A stretch of DNA of 30,313 bases. Source: a virus (taxonomy: Duplodnaviria > Caudoviricetes). This document shows positions 25,234 to 30,313 of this stretch, one piece after another. A program made the translations under genes and the position numbers. The stretch covers positions 1 through 30,313 of the IMG/VR virus record IMGVR_UViG_3300036793_000157; one strand, written 5' to 3'. The notes under the pieces are model-generated. The model was given only the letters and a program-made list of their open reading frames with translations, ran no database searches and was not told the DNA's origin. The first letter of the stretch is position 1, and every line of letters starts with the position of its first letter.

Positions 25234-25455
25234 ATGACGTTCAACCAGGTGCTCAGCTTTTCCGGACTCATCGGTTCCCTGGCCACGATCCTGCTGGGGG
25301 TCGTGATGATCAGGGTGATCCGGCGGCTCAACGATCCGCATAAGATCTCTGCGGAGTCGCAGAAGCACATGTACCAACTGGTGGTCTGCGCGTGCGTCAT
25401 CGCGATGGTCGTGTCCGGTTTACGAGCATGGCAGCTCACTCTCCTGGGAAAGTGA
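25234..25455 (+). CDS. Small two-TM membrane protein (only convincing plus-strand gene)
   Basis: 73 aa from ATG 25234 with strong SD GAGGAGGT. Two hydrophobic helices; fills the gap between minus-strand genes. Confidence 0.7.
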   Translation: MTFNQVLSFSGLIGSLATILLGVVMIRVIRRLNDPHKISAESQKHMYQLVVCACVIAMVVSGLRAWQLTLLGK

Positions 25456-25491
25456 GCTGCCATGGGTGGTACGCCCCGCCAGTGATCTGAC

Positions 25492-25761
25492 TCAGTCTGC
25501 GGAGACCTTGACGCTTTCCCGCAGGGACTCGATGTCCTCCTTGGTCAGCAGGCCGCTGGTGAACGCGATGGAGACGGCGTCCGTGCGGTTGGCCGCGCCG
25601 AGCTTGGCGTAGATGTGCCGCGCGTGGATCTTCGCGGCGTCCACGCCGAATTCGAGCTGCTCGGCGATCCGTTCGTTGCTCAGGCCAGCGGCCATCAGCC
25701 GGAGGACTTCTCCCTCGCGCGGGGTCAGTTCCGGTGGACCCTGATCAGTTCGTGTGCTCAT
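25492..25761 (-). CDS. Stand-alone LuxR/NarL-type HTH transcriptional regulator
   Basis: LTPREGEVLRLMAAGLSNERIAEQL....AAKIHARHIYAKLGAANRTDAV is the canonical GerE/LuxR HTH. No receiver or sensor domain. Confidence 0.92.
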   Translation of the reverse strand: MSTRTDQGPPELTPREGEVLRLMAAGLSNERIAEQLEFGVDAAKIHARHIYAKLGAANRTDAVSIAFTSGLLTKEDIESLRESVKVSAD

Positions 25762-25813
25762 GGTGGTCTCGTTTCGCTCGGTAGGCGGGGGTGCCTACGG
25801 TGATCCTGTGTCC

Positions 25814-25842
25814 ATAGTACCCGGTTGGGTAATGCCCGTCCA
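25814..25842 (-). promoter_or_regulatory. SigA/HrdB-type promoter of the LuxR-HTH gene with overlapping palindrome
   Basis: TGGACG-N17-TACTAT. TACCC-AACC-GGGTA overlaps the spacer and -10. Confidence 0.75.
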
Positions 25843-25851
25843 GGGAAGGGT

Positions 25852-26685
25852 CTACGAAGTGATCTCTGTCGCCAGAGGCTTGCGCTCGGCGAGCTTCTTC
25901 TTGGCCTGCTCCAGGTAGTCGCCGAGGAAGGCGTGCTGACCCTGCATCTGTCGGATGGCCGACGAGAACTGAGTCTCCAGTCTCCGGATCATCTGCTCCA
26001 GGGACTGGACGTCGAAGAGCAACTCCGCTGCCCGGGATGCCTCGATCTCCAGTGCTGAGAATTCCAGGCGGTTGAGCCGCACCAGTTCCTTGGCCACGTC
26101 GAGACCCCATTGCTGGTGCGCGGTCGGCGGCCGGTTGGGGTTCGGTTGGAAGCGCAGTTTTTCGATCTGCTCGCGGAGGTACCGACTGTCGTCCTGCGCG
26201 TGCTTGACCTGAGCACGGAGACCCTGAGCGTCCCAGTAGACCTTGGCCGCGATGGTGCGGAAGGCAGCACCCTGGTCGTCGATCTTGACGATGGGTGCGT
26301 CCCGGATCACGGTCATCGATCGGGTGCGGCGTCCGGACGGCGGGGCCATGATGCCCCAGCGCTCGGGGAGGTCGAGGCCTTTGAGGAGCGCGGGATCGGA
26401 GACGACCAGCCACCACTGGTCGCAATAGCGCAGCCACGGATCCGGCTTGCTCAGGTCGTCCAACTCGTGCAGGAGATCGGCGCGGGAGACCTTCAGTTCG
26501 TGGCCCACGATCCTCCTGCCGGTCGCTCCGGCGAGTCCCTGGCAGATCAGGTCGGCTCGCCGGTTGCTGTCGGGAGCGCCGATCTCAGGGAGGAAAATCC
26601 AGGCGGGTAGTACGTTCTCCGGTAGGTAGTGGCGCCGGAGCATCGCAAGCAGCGCTCTGGCGTCGATCTTCTTCTCTTCGGGCAC
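25852..26685 (-). CDS. MmcB-like PD-(D/E)XK nuclease-fold protein with coiled-coil tail
   Basis: PEI...RRADLI...GHELKVSRADLLHEL...YCDQWWLV...LPERWGIM. Confidence 0.7.
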   Translation of the reverse strand: MPEEKKIDARALLAMLRRHYLPENVLPAWIFLPEIGAPDSNRRADLICQGLAGATGRRIVGHELKVSRADLLHELDDLSKPDPWLRYCDQWWLVVSDPALLKGLDLPERWGIMAPPSGRRTRSMTVIRDAPIVKIDDQGAAFRTIAAKVYWDAQGLRAQVKHAQDDSRYLREQIEKLRFQPNPNRPPTAHQQWGLDVAKELVRLNRLEFSALEIEASRAAELLFDVQSLEQMIRRLETQFSSAIRQMQGQHAFLGDYLEQAKKKLAERKPLATEITS

Positions 26686-26709
26686 GAATCCTCCTGTGCG
26701 GCTATGAGA

Positions 26710-26743
26710 CCGGCCCGGACCCCTGGCGTGGGATCCGGGCCGG
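26710..26743 (-). terminator. GC-rich hairpin, possible terminator
   Basis: ccggcccgga / tccgggccgg 10-bp stem just downstream of the stop at 26755. Confidence 0.55.
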
Positions 26744-26754
26744 GCGGTCGATCG

Positions 26755-27243
26755 TTACTGGCAGGTAGCGGGGTCCAGGTGATCCGGAAGCTGCGCGTCA
26801 CGCCAGCTCTCGGTGAGGTAGGACTCCGCGTTGGTGTTGTAGTCGGCCACGGTGTTCTGGCACTGCTGCTGCAAGCCGGTCAGCACCGTGTGCAGATTGG
26901 CGTCCTGCTGAGCCGCCGGGTCGAACGGGGTGCCGTTGGCCTGCGGGTGTGCGATCTCGTAGGCGGTGATGTCCTTCTGCGACTGGGCGATCTTCGCCTT
27001 GTACGCCTCCACGTCGTTGAACTCGGTGTGGAACGTCTTCTGGGCCGCGACCCAGTTCTGTGCCGAGTTCTTCTGCTGGTAGGCGTCACCCTGGCCCTTC
27101 CAGGGCGCGGTGATGACACCGAAACCCCAGAGGATCATGACGATGACGATGCCGGTGCCGAGCAGGATCCCAAGGATCTTGAACCCGGTGACGAGGGGCT
27201 TGCCTTCGAGGTCGTCGGCCCACTCCTCCGCGCTGCGCCGCAT
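26755..27243 (-). CDS. Single-TM membrane protein with coiled coil
   Basis: 162 aa. TM ILGILLGTGIVIVMILWGFGVI, helical ectodomain, CQ..VADYN...LP motif with two Cys. Coupled to the lipoprotein gene. Confidence 0.75.
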   Translation of the reverse strand: MRRSAEEWADDLEGKPLVTGFKILGILLGTGIVIVMILWGFGVITAPWKGQGDAYQQKNSAQNWVAAQKTFHTEFNDVEAYKAKIAQSQKDITAYEIAHPQANGTPFDPAAQQDANLHTVLTGLQQQCQNTVADYNTNAESYLTESWRDAQLPDHLDPATCQ

Positions 27244-27845
27244 CAGGGGCCAACCTTCACGCCGCCGTGGTTCACCGACGGCTTGTCCGTGACGTTGTAG
27301 GTCACGACCGGGGTGGTGGTGATATTCAGCGGCGCGTCAGCCTCGATCCAGATGGCTGCGGGAGGCAGCTGGATCTCGACACCCGCAGTGGTGAAGAACG
27401 CGGCGCTACCGGCCTCTGGGCCCCACGTGCCGTTGTCTCCTGGCGAGGTGGTGGCGATACCGCAGGCGGAGTTGTCACCGGGGCATCCGGAGACGGTCTG
27501 CGAGTTGGTCAGCTGCGAGTTCGGGTCGAAGACCATCCCCTGGATCGGCCACTGGGCGATCGGCTGACCCTGCTGGGAGAGCATGACCACGTAACGGAGG
27601 CTCTTCGGGTCGTTCTGGCGCAGCAGGTGCTCGGTCAGCTCCTTGCGCTCGGACCAGCCTCCGGCCGTCATCTTGGCCAGCGGGTACGGCACCGCAGCCG
27701 TGGCCGCCTGCTGGTAGGAGGTGGTGACCTTCTGGGCCGCCTGCTGGGTGGAGTCCTGATTGCTCGTGCAGGCGGTGAGCCCGAGCACGAGCAGGAGCGC
27801 GGCGGCAATCGCCCCGCCCCGCCGGAAACGCGTTGCTTTGTCCAT
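27243..27845 (-). CDS. Putative lipoprotein
   Basis: Basic N-terminus, hydrophobic stretch and lipobox LTAC. NSQLTN...SPGDNGTWG...FFT motif. Confidence 0.8.
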   Translation of the reverse strand: MDKATRFRRGGAIAAALLLVLGLTACTSNQDSTQQAAQKVTTSYQQAATAAVPYPLAKMTAGGWSERKELTEHLLRQNDPKSLRYVVMLSQQGQPIAQWPIQGMVFDPNSQLTNSQTVSGCPGDNSACGIATTSPGDNGTWGPEAGSAAFFTTAGVEIQLPPAAIWIEADAPLNITTTPVVTYNVTDKPSVNHGGVKVGP

Positions 27846-27890
27846 CGTGAGTCCCTTCGGGTATGCAATACGTACGTTCGGTTTGGTTGG

Positions 27891-28217
27891 TCAGTCGAAC
27901 AGGTCGTCGGTGGAGATCACCTCGGGCTCGGGAGCTTTCTCGTTTGCCCTGCGCGTGAAGTACGCGAGGTAAAGGGGGCGCAGCAATCGCACGATCGGGC
28001 GCATGCGGTGCTTCCCTCGCTTGGTGACGTTGCGGATGCAGGTCCGGCACGTCATGCCGATCGGTGTGCGGATCTCCGCAGTCGACCAGTTGTTGACCGG
28101 GAAGCCGCACGCGGCCGTAGCGGGAAAGAGCCCCTCCAGCGTCAGGTGCTGGCGCATGGGGATGAAGTGTGTGGTGCAGTACATGGCTCGCGTGCCTTCG
28201 GGGGTGCGATAGCTCAC
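27891..28217 (-). CDS. Hypothetical Cys/His protein
   Basis: 108 aa, TH...ACG...TCRTC, basic C-terminal half. Confidence 0.6.
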   Translation of the reverse strand: MSYRTPEGTRAMYCTTHFIPMRQHLTLEGLFPATAACGFPVNNWSTAEIRTPIGMTCRTCIRNVTKRGKHRMRPIVRLLRPLYLAYFTRRANEKAPEPEVISTDDLFD

Positions 28218-28582
28218 CAGAACGTCACCGCCGTGAAGACGCCCGGACCGTGAGCCCGGTCATCCAACGGCCAGACCCACCACTTGCAGTAGTTCCGGTC
28301 GCCGGGCGCCGAAGGCACGATGCGGCACCTGCCCGTTCGGGCACCCTTGACTAACGTCCAGACGTCGTCGGCGAGCTGATTGATCTCTTCGGCCGTCGGT
28401 GTCTGCTCGTCCCCCTCCGGTATCTGCAAGGAGGTGTAGGCCCGGCCGCCGACATTGTCGCCGGACTCGCTGCCATCCGAGGCCTCCAGGGCGAGCCCGT
28501 AGGCCTCGACGGGGTCATCAGTGCCGCGCACCATGAAGCCTTCCTCGAAGAAGTGGACCTTGATCTTGCTGCGGGCGGCCAT
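28214..28582 (-). CDS. Hypothetical protein
   Basis: 122 aa from ATG 28582 (TGATG coupling). Confidence 0.6.
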   Translation of the reverse strand: MAARSKIKVHFFEEGFMVRGTDDPVEAYGLALEASDGSESGDNVGGRAYTSLQIPEGDEQTPTAEEINQLADDVWTLVKGARTGRCRIVPSAPGDRNYCKWWVWPLDDRAHGPGVFTAVTFW

Positions 28583-28788
28583 CAGGACGTCCCGAAGAGC
28601 GGAGTGGCGTACCAGGCCTTCGCGGTGACCTCGTGCGGGTTCGGGTCCAGGTGCGTGGGAATCCCATACGGGAACTCGTCGGAGGTGTGCAGCCAGCCCC
28701 ACGTCTCCGACCAGCACGCCTGCTGCTCGCACGTGTCGCACCACGGGTGCCCGTTGTGCCGATCCATCAGCTCGCGGTTGCTGGGCAT
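28582..28788 (-). CDS. Small hypothetical protein (CxxC...WLH)
   Basis: 68 aa from ATG 28788 (TGATG coupling). Confidence 0.6.
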   Translation of the reverse strand: MPSNRELMDRHNGHPWCDTCEQQACWSETWGWLHTSDEFPYGIPTHLDPNPHEVTAKAWYATPLFGTS

Positions 28789-29246
28789 CAGGAGTCGCCA
28801 CCCTCGGGCTCCAGCAGACGGAAGTGCAGCCGGTGGAGGGACCAGTGCGTGTACACGCCGCTCATGCCTCCCTCCTTGATGTGCTGCACCTTGTCGAACT
28901 CGACCGAGAAGTACGGCTCGCCCGGAGGACCCTGGTCCGCCCCCGTGATGCGTCCGCGCACTGGCTTCTGGGTCCAATAGAGCACGTCGGCGAGGACCTC
29001 CACTCGGTCACCGACCTGGACGTCCACACCAGTGATCGCCGGGGTGGCTGCCACGCCGCCGAGAAGGTGGAACTCCTCGACTGCTGAGCCGAGCCGCTCG
29101 CCGATGTTCTTCTCGGTCGTGGACCAGATGCAGGTCCACTCCGTGTCGGCGAACTGGTTGTCGGGGTAGCCCGGGTCCATCCGGACCCAGATCGAATGGC
29201 CGCCGTCGTAGCCCTCCCGACGGATCGTGCCGATGGGGTCAGCCAT
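28788..29246 (-). CDS. Hypothetical protein with SH3/KOW-like C-terminal half
   Basis: 152 aa from ATG 29246 with CCGCACAGGAGG leader. VQVGDRVEV...GRI...YFSVEFD. Confidence 0.65.
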   Translation of the reverse strand: MADPIGTIRREGYDGGHSIWVRMDPGYPDNQFADTEWTCIWSTTEKNIGERLGSAVEEFHLLGGVAATPAITGVDVQVGDRVEVLADVLYWTQKPVRGRITGADQGPPGEPYFSVEFDKVQHIKEGGMSGVYTHWSLHRLHFRLLEPEGGDS

Positions 29247-29285
29247 GTCCTTTGCCTCCTGTGCGGCGAACGTGCAGTTCACCTC

Positions 29286-29314
29286 ATGCTACTCGATCGG
29301 GTAGGTATCGTCTA
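29286..29314 (-). promoter_or_regulatory. SigA/HrdB-type promoter with overlapping palindrome
   Basis: TAGACG-N17-TAGCAT. TACCC-GATC-GAGTA overlaps the spacer and -10. Confidence 0.7.
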
Positions 29315-29320
29315 CGGGGG

Positions 29321-29791
29321 TCACTCGAAGGTCAAGGAGAACGCGCCCTTGCCGCCGGGGAAGTCCACGGGGGTGCTGAAGGCAATCTCCTTGGTGGTTC
29401 CTCCGTGACCGTGCCAACGCACAACGGGCCTCTTGCCCTCGGAGGTGACGAACGGCGTCGCAGCGCGAACCAGGGCCTCCAGGATGGGGTCCAAGTATTC
29501 GCCATCGAGGTTCTTCCACTGCACGGCACCGTCGAGGATCTCGTGCATCCGGGACCGCAGGTCGGACAGGGCGAGGTTGCGCTCCTCGATAACCTGCCGG
29601 AGGTATACCGACTGGTCGAGCACCTCCTCATAGGCATCCCTCAGTGCGTCGCGGCCGTTGTCCGCCTGGAGCGGGGTCCCGTAGCGCTCGGTGCCGATGA
29701 TCTTGCGATCCTGGTGGTCCTCGCAGACCAGATCGTGGATGTAGGCGTTGTCGTTGATCTTCGGCAAGTTCTGTTCGACGTGCTCGCTCAT
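29321..29791 (-). CDS. Putative all-alpha NTP pyrophosphohydrolase-like (MazG/dNTPase fold) protein
   Basis: G.ERYGTPL...NGRDAL.DAYEE.LD..VYLRQ acidic helical motif. Confidence 0.5.
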   Translation of the reverse strand: MSEHVEQNLPKINDNAYIHDLVCEDHQDRKIIGTERYGTPLQADNGRDALRDAYEEVLDQSVYLRQVIEERNLALSDLRSRMHEILDGAVQWKNLDGEYLDPILEALVRAATPFVTSEGKRPVVRWHGHGGTTKEIAFSTPVDFPGGKGAFSLTFE

Positions 29792-29985
29792 GCGATGACT
29801 TCCTCCTTCTCGTTGGTGGCCCGCAGTGTGGACCAGGTGCCGACCGCCTGCGCGGAGAGGCTCTGGTGCGGGTAGTGGCGGGGTGTCTCCGACCAGATGA
29901 CGAGCCAGGGCAGCTCCTTGCTCCGCTCGGGGGTGTGGATCGCGCGGGTGCCATCGGCGCTGATGCGCTCCTCGCGAATGGTCAT
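29788..29985 (-). CDS. Small hypothetical protein
   Basis: 65 aa with CCGCACAGGAGG leader. Confidence 0.65.
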   Translation of the reverse strand: MTIREERISADGTRAIHTPERSKELPWLVIWSETPRHYPHQSLSAQAVGTWSTLRATNEKEEVIA

Positions 29986-30023
29986 GTCAGGTGCCTCCTG
30001 TGCGGCGTTGATCAGTGGGTCGG

Positions 30024-30299
30024 TTATTCGGGTGCTTCGGGAAGGTCGAGGCGGTCGACGATGCCGTCGAGGGTGTAGAACTCCTCCTCGTCGGAGAATC
30101 CCGGGCAGGAACCGTCAAGCATCCAGGGGCTGTCCACGGTCCTGCGCTTGAGCGCGATCACGAGGTCTCCGGTCTCGTACCAGATGCGGGCTTCGTCGGC
30201 GTCGCGCTCGGCGGTGACCTCGTGACTGATGTCGTGGTTGTCCCGGGAGTTACCGAACTGCCAGCTGTAGCCGTCGGGCAGGGCGTCCGTGTCGATCAT
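30024..30299 (-). CDS. Acidic hypothetical protein
   Basis: 91 aa, SD GGAGGAG. Confidence 0.65.
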   Translation of the reverse strand: MIDTDALPDGYSWQFGNSRDNHDISHEVTAERDADEARIWYETGDLVIALKRRTVDSPWMLDGSCPGFSDEEEFYTLDGIVDRLDLPEAPE

Positions 30300-30313
30300 G
30301 TGGTGCTCCTCCG

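Noticed and set aside
25492-25761. Quorum-sensing LuxR receptor
   Set aside because: Only the HTH domain is present; there is no autoinducer-binding or receiver domain.
27855-27863. TACCCGAAG half-match upstream of the lipoprotein gene
   Set aside because: The second half-site is GGACT, which doubles as the SD, so it is not counted as a full palindrome.
1-30313. CRISPR array, tRNA/rRNA genes, integrase/transposase, terminase
   Set aside because: No regularly spaced repeats, cloverleaf-like sequences or diagnostic motifs were seen by eye. A tRNAscan/Infernal run would be needed to exclude small RNAs.

Overview
This 30.3 kb high-GC window is part of a large tailed phage genome, most plausibly infecting an actinomycete; from recall it resembles the mycobacteriophage cluster C / Rhodococcus E3-type head module, which I cannot verify here. 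Nearly all genes are on the minus strand. Positions ~1-23.3 kb hold the head-morphogenesis region: portal, prohead protease, scaffold, decoration-type protein, major capsid, a small membrane-protein cassette, an intein-containing Zn-ribbon gene and a free-standing Zn-finger/PD-(D/E)XK nuclease. Positions ~23.3-30.3 kb hold small early/accessory genes with host-sigma-type promoters. The main observation is that several head-region proteins are strings of unrelated enzyme-like domains: three ADP-ribosyltransferase-like folds, NUDIX, ParB/Srx, SWIM, GNAT-like, a glycosylase-like insert in the protease itself, and a DnaJ-type Zn finger. Their boundaries repeatedly carry a short [K/R/H]-x-A(-A/S) motif, which suggests protease-processed, virion-packaged effector polyproteins. 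Four cis-signals are visible directly in the DNA: a late-promoter-like motif CCTGT-N~23-AA-N4-(T)GA (6 copies), a TACYC-N4-GRGTA palindrome (5 copies), a CCGCACAGGAGG start-associated 12-mer (4 copies), and a 21-bp hairpin that occludes the nuclease start. All domain calls come from motif recognition by eye; no database searches were run.
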